The notes under the pieces: generated by a model
The model's input: the letters and a program-made list of their open reading frames with translations, nothing else
Told to the model about the DNA's origin: nothing
Databases searched by the model: none
From: a virus
Lineage: Duplodnaviria > Caudoviricetes
Length of the DNA: 64,000 bases
Reading direction: 5' to 3' (one strand)
Virus record (IMG/VR): IMGVR_UViG_3300050159_000048
In this document: piece after piece, positions 37,096-48,316 of the stretch
Position numbering within the stretch: position 1 is the first letter of the stretch
How the letters are laid out: each line of letters starts with the position of its first letter
Program-made: the position numbers and the translations under genes

Positions 37096-38220
37096 TTATT
37101 CAGCAGCCTGCTCTTGCATACCGGCGTGCTTTTGCATGCGTTTCGACTTAGCGGACTCACCCGCATTTGTGTCAACTTCAGCATCTGCTTCCAGGAACGC
37201 GCTCGTTTCTGCTTCCAGCAGGGCTAGCACTTCATCAGCGTGGTTCAGGAAAATGTCGTCTGCACGCATCTTGTCTTCACTACCCTTGATTGTATACCAA
37301 CTACCATGCTGGATCACAACGCCAACAGCCTTGGCTACTTCCAGAAGACCAGAGTAAGGATCCATGCCGGATTCGTACGGCACTTCAATCTCAACCTTCT
37401 GGAACGGCTTGGTAAAGCGGGTCTTATACCCCTCACAGATCATTCGTACGCCAGCAACATCGCCCGCCTTAGCACCCTTTGAGTCGTCCTTCAGCTTGCG
37501 CTTTTGGATGAGGATGATTTGTGAGCAAGCGTACTTGACAGCGTCGGAAACAATCCATACGCCTTCACCGTTCAGCACGTCTTGGTTCTTGTACACTTGC
37601 GATGTAACAACCATCGCAACGTTCAAGTTCTTGATTGCTTGAACAAACGTGCGCAGCATTGCCTTCAACTGCTTGTTCTTCTGACCTTGGTCACCCTTGG
37701 TAACGCCCTTGTCGTAATGATCGAGTTCAGTCTCTGTCATCAACATGTCAAGAGAGTCGATCAGGATGAACACTTGAGGCGCATCTTCAGCTTCACCAAC
37801 TTGTTCCTTGTACTTCTTTAAGAAAGAAGACACCACTTTGGTTACTTCAGGAATCGTTGTGACGCTAACGTACTTGTAGCCTTCTTCGGTGTTGACACCA
37901 ATCTTGCCCATGAATTCGTCATCCAGAGCGTTCTCTGTGTCAATAACAAGGCAATATGCGCCAGCTTCTTGAGCTGCACGCGTGAGGTTAGCGGAGATGA
38001 AGCTCTTACCAGCGCCAGACGGGCCTGCCAAGTCTGTCACTCGCCCCTGGGGGATACCATTGAAGTAACTGCCGGAAATGATGCGGTTTAGCACGTAGTT
38101 TCCGGTAGAATACCAGTATCGAGGGGGTAGTGACGAAGTACCGACACCGTCCATTTTTTCCAAGTCCTTATTGAACTCGTCAACAAAGGCAAAGATGTTA
38201 TCGTTATTCTTTTTTGCCAT
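37096..38220 (-). CDS. uvsX: RecA/UvsX recombinase
   Basis: GPSGAGKS, IDTENALD, IDSLDML, KTRFTKPF. Confidence 0.92.
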   Translation of the reverse strand: MAKKNNDNIFAFVDEFNKDLEKMDGVGTSSLPPRYWYSTGNYVLNRIISGSYFNGIPQGRVTDLAGPSGAGKSFISANLTRAAQEAGAYCLVIDTENALDDEFMGKIGVNTEEGYKYVSVTTIPEVTKVVSSFLKKYKEQVGEAEDAPQVFILIDSLDMLMTETELDHYDKGVTKGDQGQKNKQLKAMLRTFVQAIKNLNVAMVVTSQVYKNQDVLNGEGVWIVSDAVKYACSQIILIQKRKLKDDSKGAKAGDVAGVRMICEGYKTRFTKPFQKVEIEVPYESGMDPYSGLLEVAKAVGVVIQHGSWYTIKGSEDKMRADDIFLNHADEVLALLEAETSAFLEADAEVDTNAGESAKSKRMQKHAGMQEQAAE

Positions 38221-38233
38221 ATGATTTCTCCAA

Positions 38234-38265
38234 GAAAAGAAGGGAGGTTGCCCTCCCTTCTTTTC
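38234..38265. terminator. intrinsic terminator
   Basis: GAAAAGAAGGGAGG-TTGC-CCTCCCTTCTTTTC. Confidence 0.85.
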
Positions 38266-38273
38266 GTTTTTGC

Positions 38274-39239
38274 TTAACCAGCCTTACGACGAGCGCGGAT
38301 TGCCGCGAGCATGTCGTCTACGTCGCTTGAGCCTTCGTCCGATTCAGCAACCGGCTTTGCAGCAGGCTTCGGGGCAGCGGCCTTAGGGGCCTCATTCCAC
38401 GGTGCGTCATCGTCATCGGCCTTAGCCTTCGGAGCAGGCTTAGAGCGCGGTGCGGGAGCTTCGTCGTCATCAGACGAGCGTTGTCCGCCGCGGCCAGATT
38501 CCTGGTAGTCTTCGCCGTTCAGGTCGGCGTTCAGCATCCCTTGAACCTTTTCCAGCCCAGGGTTCTTCGGCAGGAGAGTTGCCAGGTCGATCATGCCACC
38601 GTTTTCGTCGGTAACCACGACCAGTTCATCTTCCGTCAGAGAGCGTTGACGCGACTGGAACTTGGTTCCCATCGTGTACGTAGAGTATTCACCCTGTTGC
38701 GTCTTCTTGATGATGAAGTCGTAGCCGCCTTCGAACGAGTACGGCACATCGTCCAGAGGATCATCTTCCGAAGCAAATGCTTCCTTGATGATGTTGTACA
38801 GCTGGTAGCCGAGCGCAATGTAGCGCACCTTACCAGCATGGTTTTCGCCAGTTTCCTTGTCGGCGTCGAGCGGATCTTCAACCACCAGGGCTTGAGCAAT
38901 GTATTGCTTCTTGCGCCAGTACTTCTTGCCGTTCACCTCGTCCTTGACCTTGTAGTAGTCTTGGGAAATCTTGCACACAGGGCAATCTTCACCGTACATG
39001 GACAGGCAAGGAACGGTCCGCTTTTGACCGTTGATGTTGAGGTTGTGGAACACCTTTTCTACCAGGAAACCGCGAGGGTTACCGGAGTTGGCGTCAGGCA
39101 GGAAACGAATGATGGCACGTTGACCAGCTTTCATGTTCCAGAAGGGGTAGTAGTTGCTTGTAAAGGATTCGCGGGTAGTGGATTCCTTTTCCGAACCGCC
39201 GAATTGGGCACGGAGGGCTGCGAGCTTAGCGTTTGACAT
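38274..39239 (-). CDS. single-stranded DNA-binding protein (gp32-like)
   Basis: AIIRFLP, CLSMYGEDCPVC, YDFIIKK, acidic tail. Confidence 0.88.
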   Translation of the reverse strand: MSNAKLAALRAQFGGSEKESTTRESFTSNYYPFWNMKAGQRAIIRFLPDANSGNPRGFLVEKVFHNLNINGQKRTVPCLSMYGEDCPVCKISQDYYKVKDEVNGKKYWRKKQYIAQALVVEDPLDADKETGENHAGKVRYIALGYQLYNIIKEAFASEDDPLDDVPYSFEGGYDFIIKKTQQGEYSTYTMGTKFQSRQRSLTEDELVVVTDENGGMIDLATLLPKNPGLEKVQGMLNADLNGEDYQESGRGGQRSSDDDEAPAPRSKPAPKAKADDDDAPWNEAPKAAAPKPAAKPVAESDEGSSDVDDMLAAIRARRKAG

Positions 39240-39418
39240 AATGAACTCCTTGTTCTCTTCTAATAGTTATTTGGAATTTCTCGTCTGTGAACCTAATGTC
39301 GTTAGTTCACTTAACAATCTTCATTCACTTCTGAGAAAAAATCAACAAGAGGACGGAACTGTTCCGCTTGAGGGTGCCTCTCACCCTATCTTACCGATTT
39401 AGTATTTATGCTAATACG

Positions 39419-39886
39419 TCACATCGGTACGAAATTTGTTTTGTGATCTTTGTTGTCCGTATTCCACGAACTCTTCATCAGGTATTGGTCACCTGTACCC
39501 TTGATGGCTTCCTCAGCATGTTCGCTGTTGAATTCACTAAGAGATGTACCGTACTGTTGGAGGAACTGGTCAACAGGCATTGGCTTACCGTCTACAGCCA
39601 CTTGCTTGATGCGAACAGATTCGACCTCAATACCCTGAGAATCACCACCCGACCCACCATGTCGGCCACGGGGGATATAATCGCTGTAATAGGTCGTAAC
39701 CGCAACAACACCACTGATTTGTACTGTACGTTCGGTTCCGTCTTCTTCATATACGTACGTTGTGAATGTTGTGTTGTACTCGTCGGCAGAGGGATCTGGT
39801 TCCTGACCGTCATAGTACGGCGAGCGAGGGTCAGATTCGTCACCGGAACGGTAGTCGCTTGGATCTAGAATTTCGTTTAGGCGCAT
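39419..39886 (-). CDS. hypothetical late protein
   Basis: MRLNEILD start, GGAAG SD, TAAATA 39911-39916. Confidence 0.6.
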   Translation of the reverse strand: MRLNEILDPSDYRSGDESDPRSPYYDGQEPDPSADEYNTTFTTYVYEEDGTERTVQISGVVAVTTYYSDYIPRGRHGGSGGDSQGIEVESVRIKQVAVDGKPMPVDQFLQQYGTSLSEFNSEHAEEAIKGTGDQYLMKSSWNTDNKDHKTNFVPM

Positions 39887-39909
39887 GGTAGTATCTTCCT
39901 ATGGTGCGG

Positions 39910-40551
39910 TTATTTATGATTGTGTGTGGGAATGATCCCGTTTGATGGGGCGTACATGTTGGTTAAAGCCATTCCCATGTCGCGGTGATGTGCAGCATAT
40001 CGGTTACGAAACTGGTGAGTCATCATTGCGTGATGTTGGTGCCAAAAGTATCCAGGATAGTTCACATGGATAGCCCCATGTGTTAGTGCAGTGGTGGCTC
40101 GTAAAAACCAATCAATTCCAAACCCAAAGCGGTCTGATAATTGCTTAGCTTCGTGGCAAACCATTGAGCTCCTAAACACCGCAAGGTGATGAATTGTCCG
40201 TGGATGTATGGCAACTTCTAACCACGTTCGACGGTTTGTGTTACCATAAGTCTGTTCTCCTGTCGGAGAGACGATCACTTCATTTGTGAACGCTAAGCCT
40301 ACGGTTGGGTTTTCTTGCAAAGCCTCAACGCACAAGCGAAGTGAGTGCGGATCAATCGTATCGTCATCATCAACAACAGCTACGTATTCGTCAATGAATA
40401 GAGACTCGTACCTGTCACGTTCAAAGGTGTTATAGCATGGGATAATCACATGCTTACCCCCACTCGGTAACGCATTAGCTATCGAAGTTTTGCACCGGGA
40501 CAGACCATCTGCGTTTGTAAATTGAGTAAGGGTTGCTACTGTCAGTGACAT
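39910..40551 (-). CDS. glycosyltransferase, GT2-like
   Basis: YVAVVDDDD (DxD), VGLAFT, FGIDW, YFWHQH. Confidence 0.75.
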   Translation of the reverse strand: MSLTVATLTQFTNADGLSRCKTSIANALPSGGKHVIIPCYNTFERDRYESLFIDEYVAVVDDDDTIDPHSLRLCVEALQENPTVGLAFTNEVIVSPTGEQTYGNTNRRTWLEVAIHPRTIHHLAVFRSSMVCHEAKQLSDRFGFGIDWFLRATTALTHGAIHVNYPGYFWHQHHAMMTHQFRNRYAAHHRDMGMALTNMYAPSNGIIPTHNHK

Positions 40552-41289
40552 TTAGCCCAACAATCGAATATCAGCCAACTTGGTGACCCTAAGCACGACT
40601 TGCGACACGCCCGTTATTCCTCCGGTTTCGTATCCTGATGTGTCTAGGCTAAGGGTCATTGTGGTAGTACCAGAGCCAAAGTCTGTAGATCCGATGTTTA
40701 CCAAATAGTGATCGGACCAACTAACTGCTGATGAAAAAATACCCATTCCTATTGTGGTTGTTGCTGTTGGCCGGAAGTGACGACGTTGGTGTGCTAACAC
40801 ACCAACTGTTGATGGGTGGCTAGATGCTGCGCCTACTACGTAGTTGTATGAATCATTGAATGTAATGCTACTACCATATGTTGTGTCAACGCCTAATGGC
40901 CAATCTGGGGTTGGGTTAGTAACATACATCGACGCAATTACTTGAATCTCATATAGACCTTGCACTATTGGTAACAGGGCTGCTCCGTACGGATCCAATG
41001 TGAGATATGTTGGCATTGAGAGAGGCATCGTTCCGCCAGTGCCGTGATCGGTCCATGTTGTTTGCGACCCACCAAATGAAAACACGCCTTCCAGCTGAAT
41101 GATCTGTGACGTAGGACTTCCTCCTCCGCCGCCAGCCGCTGGTGCTGCTGGCACCCACCGACCGGCCATCGACTCATATGTTAACACATCGCCACCCGTT
41201 GGAGAGATGGCATCCACGTCTGTTAGATTGTCGAGGGATAGCTCAACCTGCGAGCTTGTAATTTTCTTTTGTGTCATATTAAGAATCAA
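40552..41289 (-). CDS. tail-associated protein
   Basis: LDNLTDV..GDVLTY..WVP fibre motif and Gly linker. Confidence 0.55.
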   Translation of the reverse strand: MILNMTQKKITSSQVELSLDNLTDVDAISPTGGDVLTYESMAGRWVPAAPAAGGGGGSPTSQIIQLEGVFSFGGSQTTWTDHGTGGTMPLSMPTYLTLDPYGAALLPIVQGLYEIQVIASMYVTNPTPDWPLGVDTTYGSSITFNDSYNYVVGAASSHPSTVGVLAHQRRHFRPTATTTIGMGIFSSAVSWSDHYLVNIGSTDFGSGTTTMTLSLDTSGYETGGITGVSQVVLRVTKLADIRLLG

Positions 41290-41297
41290 TCAAAAAG

Positions 41298-42854
41298 TTA
41301 TACCACGAATGTGATTACGTCGCCGCCGTCCAGAGGTTCATTAAATTGAACTTCATGGGCTCCAGTTACAACATAACTACCTCCCAACATACCACCAACG
41401 CTAAATGTACCGTTTGTGATGTTTCCCTGTGAAGATGGGAGGATAGCTGATAGTTGTGCAATCAATTGACTATTGTCAACTGATGTAATAACAGTGTTGG
41501 TAGGTAGAGAAATGTGAGTGATGCGCGCGCCTGGAACCAACGCACCGTTAGTACTAGCAAAATGAAGCACGTTTGACCCAGCGGTAATACTAGCAGTGAG
41601 GGTGGTGGTAGTGTTTGTTGCAGCAGGGCCGTATTTTTGGAGAACTCCGTTCCGATACACTTGTAGAGGACTAATTAGTCCTGACGGAGCTACGGTGTTA
41701 AGTACTGTAGGTACCGCGGTTTGATTAGGCGCAACGTACACATCGTCTCGTTGCGTAGTGAGTCTGGGGTCGGATGTCTCCACCACTACAGGCTGACTTG
41801 GAGTAGCGGAAGTGGTAGATAACCGAACGATGCCAAGCGTGCTGGTAGTGGCTGGGCCTACGTTTGTCCCACCCCCACCTGCGGTGATGTTTACCGTGGC
41901 TAGGGATGGTCGCAGTACAATCGTGTTGCGGTCAACAACGTATCCAACCACGATAGCGTTTGCGGGTACTGATGTTGTGAGCTCTCCGTCAACACCAACG
42001 TATATAGCCTCATTCACGTTTAGCCAATTCCAGTTAGTGTTGGTGATGACGCCGTCCAACACCACGTTCACCACCGTACCTGTAACAGCATCCACTTCAA
42101 CCATACCATATGCACCTGTGTTTATCATAGATGCGTTTATGGCCATTTCAACCTTGTTAAAATCGACGAACTGTACGACACGATAGGCAGGAATATTGCT
42201 TTCCGCAACAGCTTCAACCACTACCGATCCGAGTTTTACGTGAGTAGATGAGGCAATACTAGCAGTAACTACGTCCTCGGTGGTAAAAAAGTATCCATTA
42301 TTACGTTTGATGGGGTCACCGTTCTCATCGTACATCAGAGCGCCAGCAGCGATTGGGGTACTCTGCAGTGACCCAATCTGTGTTCCTGTAAAGCTTGGAG
42401 AATTATAACTAACACTGATGAAGGTAGCTCCAGCCGAGTACCGAGCTGCTAACACACGAAGTTTCTCAATCCAACGAACGGCTGTTGCGTTCCACTCCTT
42501 CATCTGATTTAGTGTGGTATCGAACCACATTTGACCGTTTGTGGGATTGCTTGGAGCAACAGCAGCCTCAATTGGTTCGAGAAGAGTGTGACCGAAGGTA
42601 CGTTGGCCAGTTAGACGATTGATTTCAATGTATAACCAATAGGTAGTGCCGGCAACAAACGGGCCCGTCCAGGCGTTTGTAATCGGACTGCGTTCTGAAA
42701 TTAGGTAGTTGGCTTGTTTGTCCGCGATGGTGGCCACTAATACAGCTGGCTGTGCGATTACTAGATTGACAGCCGAGCCATTGGCTTGCAAGAAATTGGG
42801 AGGTGCAGTTACAAGTCCCTGGCGAAACGGAATACGCATGATGATTGACTCCAA
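41298..42854 (-). CDS. virion structural / tail protein
   Basis: P..GQMWFD, ATTSTLGIVRL, VYRNGVLQ; TAAATA 42867-42872. Confidence 0.65.
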   Translation of the reverse strand: MESIIMRIPFRQGLVTAPPNFLQANGSAVNLVIAQPAVLVATIADKQANYLISERSPITNAWTGPFVAGTTYWLYIEINRLTGQRTFGHTLLEPIEAAVAPSNPTNGQMWFDTTLNQMKEWNATAVRWIEKLRVLAARYSAGATFISVSYNSPSFTGTQIGSLQSTPIAAGALMYDENGDPIKRNNGYFFTTEDVVTASIASSTHVKLGSVVVEAVAESNIPAYRVVQFVDFNKVEMAINASMINTGAYGMVEVDAVTGTVVNVVLDGVITNTNWNWLNVNEAIYVGVDGELTTSVPANAIVVGYVVDRNTIVLRPSLATVNITAGGGGTNVGPATTSTLGIVRLSTTSATPSQPVVVETSDPRLTTQRDDVYVAPNQTAVPTVLNTVAPSGLISPLQVYRNGVLQKYGPAATNTTTTLTASITAGSNVLHFASTNGALVPGARITHISLPTNTVITSVDNSQLIAQLSAILPSSQGNITNGTFSVGGMLGGSYVVTGAHEVQFNEPLDGGDVITFVV

Positions 42855-42941
42855 AGAGAGATTTAGTATTTATCAATATGGGATTGGTTTTGGGGTACAA
42901 ATCACGTAAATACTTAGGCGTTTCCCACTATAGGAGCTACT

Positions 42942-43448
42942 ATGGAACAAGTTTTATCCAATCTCACATATGATGAATTGCGGTCGATTGCGCAAGACGG
43001 TGATGTTGTTTTTCTTCATCGTACAAATCACTGGTTTAGTCGTTTGATTTCTGCGGTGACTGGTTCGCCATTCACGCATGTCAATTTAGCGTTCTGGGCT
43101 AACATTGGTCCCGAAAGGCGATTAATGTGCGTGGAAGCATCCCACAAATCCAAACGACGTATTGTCAGCATGAGTTACTATCACAACCGCACGTTTACGC
43201 TCGTTCGCGCTATTAAACCATGGGAGTCAATCATGACTGATGCCTTATCGCGTGTTGGACGCGAAGAGTACAGCGATTGGACGTTGCTCTACGTTGGTTT
43301 GCGCGAGGGGCTGGAGAATGCAGTTGGTTGGAAGCTCCCAGCTGTGGACTTCAAGTACGAGATTTGCTCGGAGTTTGTAGCACGAACCGAGGGCTTAGAC
43401 GATTGTGTCATTAGTCCTCGTCGCCTATTCGACAAACTCACCAAGTGA
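42942..43448 (+). CDS. permuted papain-like NlpC/P60 amidase
   Basis: DGDVVFL, SPFTHV, GREEYS, ICSEFVA; TAAATA 42907-42912. Confidence 0.8.
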   Translation: MEQVLSNLTYDELRSIAQDGDVVFLHRTNHWFSRLISAVTGSPFTHVNLAFWANIGPERRLMCVEASHKSKRRIVSMSYYHNRTFTLVRAIKPWESIMTDALSRVGREEYSDWTLLYVGLREGLENAVGWKLPAVDFKYEICSEFVARTEGLDDCVISPRRLFDKLTK

Positions 43449-43469
43449 TTTGGCACACCAAAAACATAA

Positions 43470-43497
43470 AAAAATGGCCTCCTAGGAGGCCATTTTT
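43470..43497. terminator. bidirectional terminator
   Basis: perfect palindrome AAAAATGGCCTCCTAGGAGGCCATTTTT between convergent genes. Confidence 0.9.
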
Positions 43498-43508
43498 GTT
43501 CGGGTAAG

Positions 43509-45026
43509 TTAATCCCAGTATCCGCTGAAGCTGATTGATCCGTCTATAGCACCCGCAGTAACTGCGGCGGTAGCGTACATTACACGGAATCCACACACCA
43601 AGTGTTCGCCAGGATGCACGACAATAGGCGTAGATAGGCGGATAGAAGAGTCGCCGGTGCGAGTACCAACAGTACCCGCAGCCGCTGTTGCTGCGAAGTT
43701 ATCTGTTGCTGTTAGCATCAGGATACGTGGAGCTTTTGTTGCAACAGCGGTTGTACCGTTCGCCGTTGTGGTCGCTAGGGATACTGCTGATCCACCAACT
43801 GCAACGAAGTAGGTTCCAATAAATCCACCGCCTGTTAGTGCTGTTGATACCACCGTCGGGCTAATCATGATATCAGTGATCACTAAGTTACGAGCATCGT
43901 TTGCGGCGCCGACCGCGACGGGGACGTTGGGATTTGTGTAGTCTGACAGAATCACGTTGACGTGAGCACCAGTCACGCCTGTTAATGTGCATCGATATAC
44001 GCCACCCAATCCCGTGAATGTGGTAGCTGTGTTGGATCCAACACCGGCTGTCGGTGCCGTACCAGATGCAGGAACCAGAGCGGTCGAACCGTCGGTCGCT
44101 GTCAGACCTGTTTGTTGGTATAGGCTATGGCGACCTGCCAACACCTGGCGAAATTGTTGTGGAATGTCAACACCAGGGCCTAGCCGCAGAACGGAAACAT
44201 CAGCGATGTCCAACGAGGGTGCGAGCGCTGGGGCAGATGCAGAGTTAAACGCGCGCATGAATAGGGGGTAGCCGTTGGCTTTGAACAATCCCGAACCAGC
44301 TGACGCCATTGAAATCGTGTTTGCATATACGTTATCAATCCAGAATTCAACGTGGTCGTTGGTAATGATTACTTCATAGGCGTGCGTTACGCTGTCAGCG
44401 AGTGGGACGCCCCCGTTCAAGTTCACTGTGATTGCTGTTGAAGCACCACCAACGGAGTATTCCAACACCCCAATAAACGCGCCACCCGTGGTCCACCGAA
44501 AGCCCGTAAATTCAATCGGATTGTTACCTTGCCCGGCAACAGGTACAGACATACCGAAACCAAGATCAAACTGCTTGTTTGTTACAGCTCCGTTGTTTGT
44601 TTTAACGGTAAATCTACCAGCGATAGCTGCCCCGTCTTCAATATTAAACGTGCGGCATGAGTGCATCTGAACACCAGTGGTAACAGTGGTGATCGAACCA
44701 CTGTTGAGACGCAAGAAGCCACCGTTAACAGCCATTGCCATCGTCGTTGCTTCTGCTAGCCACTGGCTAGACATTGGAGTTGTTGCAACCGCGTTATTGA
44801 AGTCAGTTCGGTACACAATTTGACGCTGTCCAGTGTACAAATCACCATCAACCGTAATACGAGCCTTGCGAGCGGTTGATGGGACTGACGTGGTCCACAC
44901 GTCAGTCAATTGTGTGAAGCCCGCTTGGGTCGGGGTGGTCGGAAGGTTGACCTTTACGTTGTTGTTGGAGTCCACTTCAGCTTTATTGCCGCTTACGCCA
45001 CCAACGATATCTACATCCATTGCCAT
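43509..45026 (-). CDS. virion structural protein, beta-rich (lectin-like region)
   Basis: T/G/A-rich; HAYEVII..VEFWID resembles a concanavalin-type fold. Confidence 0.55.
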   Translation of the reverse strand: MAMDVDIVGGVSGNKAEVDSNNNVKVNLPTTPTQAGFTQLTDVWTTSVPSTARKARITVDGDLYTGQRQIVYRTDFNNAVATTPMSSQWLAEATTMAMAVNGGFLRLNSGSITTVTTGVQMHSCRTFNIEDGAAIAGRFTVKTNNGAVTNKQFDLGFGMSVPVAGQGNNPIEFTGFRWTTGGAFIGVLEYSVGGASTAITVNLNGGVPLADSVTHAYEVIITNDHVEFWIDNVYANTISMASAGSGLFKANGYPLFMRAFNSASAPALAPSLDIADVSVLRLGPGVDIPQQFRQVLAGRHSLYQQTGLTATDGSTALVPASGTAPTAGVGSNTATTFTGLGGVYRCTLTGVTGAHVNVILSDYTNPNVPVAVGAANDARNLVITDIMISPTVVSTALTGGGFIGTYFVAVGGSAVSLATTTANGTTAVATKAPRILMLTATDNFAATAAAGTVGTRTGDSSIRLSTPIVVHPGEHLVCGFRVMYATAAVTAGAIDGSISFSGYWD

Positions 45027-45037
45027 ATATTAACTCC

Positions 45038-45604
45038 TTAGCTCCATTGCCATGTAACTTGGAATTGCCCAGTGAGCTGTTCTCGAGCATATCCGTATAT
45101 TGTAAAACCTGTACCTGCTACGATCGTATCACAGACTAGTGACGCAAACAGACCGAAGTATCTATGATCAGAGACGCTGTGAGTTGACGTTGATGCGTTA
45201 GGACCAATGACTGCGAATGGTGTTGACGCAGAGGTAATGTTTGCTTGACCGGTCACAACCACACTAGCTTCTTGTGTGCCGAGACCTGTTCCAAAGTCTA
45301 GAATTGCCGTCCCTGAGGCCAATCCTTCGGGGATCCAAACACTTCCGGTATTTGTGTACATTGCGTACTGTCGGTCTGTAGCATACGCATATGACCCCGT
45401 TACTACCGAAGATGGTGCAGGTAACGTAGCAAATGTGCCAATGTGGGCGGGGCTGGTGGCAATCCAAACCGTTCCGTTTGACAAAACGGAATATGCCTGT
45501 CCTGTGCTCTGTACCAGCATCCACGCCGTCTCACCCGTCATATACTTAGCAGGCGGAAGGGTTAGTGGATCGGTGTAATAAATTCGGGTGAGAGAATTGC
45601 TCAT
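45038..45604 (-). CDS. tail-associated protein
   Basis: ATGA overlap with the upstream fibre gene; A/T/S-rich. Confidence 0.55.
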   Translation of the reverse strand: MSNSLTRIYYTDPLTLPPAKYMTGETAWMLVQSTGQAYSVLSNGTVWIATSPAHIGTFATLPAPSSVVTGSYAYATDRQYAMYTNTGSVWIPEGLASGTAILDFGTGLGTQEASVVVTGQANITSASTPFAVIGPNASTSTHSVSDHRYFGLFASLVCDTIVAGTGFTIYGYAREQLTGQFQVTWQWS

Positions 45605-48297
45605 GCTACTTGCCTTATAGCACAACGGCCAAGTTTGATGTTAACTACGCCCGCATCAGTGGTGTACAGCATTACCACCAACACTGCGGATGTTAGTGTG
45701 GCGCCTGCTGGTATTGTCACCGTGGGACATATGAGGTTTTCTTGGAAGGGTGTAGTTACAGCACCAAGAGGGTAATCGGTTGCGTCGGTTAGAGCTGACG
45801 CCCGTGTCGTATACGACACGGATGACAGGGTATACCCAACGTTAAAATACACCGATATGGAAGAGATTGTCGACATAGATCCAGAGATGCTCATGTCAAC
45901 TGCCGCCTGGTATGAATGACCGCCACTCATGTTGACGATAAATCCAGCGCCCGAACCTTCAAATCCAATTATGTGTTGGTGATAACTATCACCAACACCC
46001 GTTGTGCGGGTGGCAACGATTACTTGATCATGCCCATACCCGTCGGCTCGAGCAACTAGACTACAAGCAGACGTGGTCCCACCTCCAGTGTTGTTTTCAA
46101 TGCCGTATGACATGTTTGATTCAAACACGCCAGTAGCGTGTGTATCATACACGCTAGCAGCTACGCCCGTCGCAGACCAACCACCATTGTACAAATTCGT
46201 TGATAAGGACGAGGCAGCATACCGATCATTAATCGATGATGCTAGGGGTGATGCGGGGATGATGGGTACGGCTCCCGAGTCTCGTAAAAGTCGTGCGAGC
46301 CAATAGCCGGCAACATAAGACATTTTCTGTGCTGGGTGTTCACCGTCTGTCTGGAACAGATCAGCATCACCAATACCCGTCATTGGGTTGACTGTTAGAG
46401 CCCACTTGTCTAGTATCAGTAGTTTGGGGTATTGGATGGATAACGTCTTGACGCGTTGCATTACTTCGAACGCGAGTGATGCAATAGTTGCTGTTGTGAA
46501 AGTTGCTGCTGCGAATCCTTCAAACACAACCCACGCACCCGTCTGTAGTGTTGTTGTAAGCATTGACAGGAGCGAACTGATTGGAGATCCTGCTCCACCA
46601 GCTGGAGTTGTAATTGAGCCGTTCTCAACGTCATTCCAGATGCCAAAGTCGCCGATGATGATATCAGGGTTCAGGGCGAGCATCCTGCTCAAATTAGTGT
46701 ACAGATTTGAAGTGGTAATACCAGAAGTAGCCCACGACGCCGATAGAGACAATGCTCCATTTAGTAGGTTATTTGCGTATCGGAATGATGACCCCGGCAT
46801 GTATCGATCAAACACTTGCATTTCCCAGGCGGTAACTGACGATCCTGCTGATTGTAAAATCGGCGTGGTTGGGTCAGGGGTGATTGTGAGCGTATTACCA
46901 GACACGGCGGTAATCGTTCCCAACACGCGCTGAAGATCGAAAGCCGTTGTACCAGCTGGTGAGCTTAGGAACACTCGTTGGCCAGGGATGCAATAATGTG
47001 GATTTGTTGAATTGAAGGTAATTACCGTTCCATTTGACGTCACCCCAGCAGATGCGGCTGCTGTGTTTACGCCAAATTGTCGTACGTAGTATGAAGTGCC
47101 GAATAGAACCGTGTTGTATCCAACATTTCCTGATGAGCCACCCGAAGGGGTTGCCCACGTGCCGTCTCCACGCCAGAACGTAGAGGATGACGCCCCCGTT
47201 CCGCTGTTCAGATTTGTTACGGGTAAATTGCCAGTGACGTGTGTTGTTAGCCCGATCTTACCCCAAGCCGGGGCAGCACCTACACCACCCGAAATTAAGG
47301 CATTGCCTGTGGCTACGTCTGCTAAACTGCTTAGTGCATTAGTGGCAGAGGCGTATAAGATGTCACCAATCGCATACGATCCTAACCCCGTACCTCCATT
47401 CGTTGCACCGAGAATTCCGGTGACTTCCGAGGTCAAACTTACTGCGGTTCCAGCCGACCACGTATCAGCTGCAGTCCGGCGGACAATACCCGTGGTCGTC
47501 AATCCTTCGACAGCCGCAAGGTCGTTGGTGAGGGAAAATGTTAGCGTCCCACTCGTTGTAATTGGCGATCCTGATACGGAAAACCCGCTTGTTGGGCCTG
47601 TTGCAGCTACCGACGTAACCGTGCCTGATCCTCCAGACGCAGCGATTGTAATGGAATCTGTCGCGTGAGTGATGGTGATACCAGAGCCCTGAACAAGCTG
47701 GCGATAGCGTAAGCGATCGCCAGCTGTGTCAACCGCAATAACACCATTGGCAGCCAATGACCCACCAACAGAGAAAATACTTAAAATAGACCAGACTGTG
47801 GTTGTTGCTGCTACTAGCGTGTAACTACCCCCGCCTTGTGCAGCGGGGATTGTGACTGGTGTGTTAGCTCCAAGATTGCTGATCTGCTGTCCTGTGGCAG
47901 GGTAGATCAGCACGTCAGTTCCGGACGCATTTCCAACAACAATCGTTCGGCCAACTGTCTGGGCCGTAATTGCTGGCAGTACGACACCCGACCCCGCGGT
48001 AGCTGACGAAATAGCTACAGTGCGAGCTGTAACTGCAGTTGCGTTGGCTTGGGAGGTGCCAGCAGCTGTGACTAACTGAAATGAGCCATTTTCGCCCGAA
48101 GATTCGATCGTCTTAAAGGACGATCCCAACCCCACTTCCAAGGCGTTGATATCAGTATTAAAGCGTAGTACGCCGTCAGCAACGGTAGGTCGCTGAGCAG
48201 ATGTGCCAACCGGAATCCTGACACCCGTAATGCCACCAAGTGTGACGTATGGCTGGTCGTCAGGATTGATCGAGTCGGTGCTGTGGTCAAATTCCAT
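45601..48297 (-). CDS. tail fibre/spike with SGNH-hydrolase-like domain
   Basis: N-terminal GTSAQRP, fibre repeats; LFGTSY, DFGIWND and DGEHP match SGNH blocks I, III and V. Confidence 0.65.
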   Translation of the reverse strand: MEFDHSTDSINPDDQPYVTLGGITGVRIPVGTSAQRPTVADGVLRFNTDINALEVGLGSSFKTIESSGENGSFQLVTAAGTSQANATAVTARTVAISSATAGSGVVLPAITAQTVGRTIVVGNASGTDVLIYPATGQQISNLGANTPVTIPAAQGGGSYTLVAATTTVWSILSIFSVGGSLAANGVIAVDTAGDRLRYRQLVQGSGITITHATDSITIAASGGSGTVTSVAATGPTSGFSVSGSPITTSGTLTFSLTNDLAAVEGLTTTGIVRRTAADTWSAGTAVSLTSEVTGILGATNGGTGLGSYAIGDILYASATNALSSLADVATGNALISGGVGAAPAWGKIGLTTHVTGNLPVTNLNSGTGASSSTFWRGDGTWATPSGGSSGNVGYNTVLFGTSYYVRQFGVNTAAASAGVTSNGTVITFNSTNPHYCIPGQRVFLSSPAGTTAFDLQRVLGTITAVSGNTLTITPDPTTPILQSAGSSVTAWEMQVFDRYMPGSSFRYANNLLNGALSLSASWATSGITTSNLYTNLSRMLALNPDIIIGDFGIWNDVENGSITTPAGGAGSPISSLLSMLTTTLQTGAWVVFEGFAAATFTTATIASLAFEVMQRVKTLSIQYPKLLILDKWALTVNPMTGIGDADLFQTDGEHPAQKMSYVAGYWLARLLRDSGAVPIIPASPLASSINDRYAASSLSTNLYNGGWSATGVAASVYDTHATGVFESNMSYGIENNTGGGTTSACSLVARADGYGHDQVIVATRTTGVGDSYHQHIIGFEGSGAGFIVNMSGGHSYQAAVDMSISGSMSTISSISVYFNVGYTLSSVSYTTRASALTDATDYPLGAVTTPFQENLICPTVTIPAGATLTSAVLVVMLYTTDAGVVNIKLGRCAIRQVA

Positions 48298-48316
48298 TCA
48301 CAATCACCTTAAAGGA

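Noticed and set aside
38481-39236. 251-aa plus-strand ORF
   Set aside because: Antisense shadow of the gp32-like gene.
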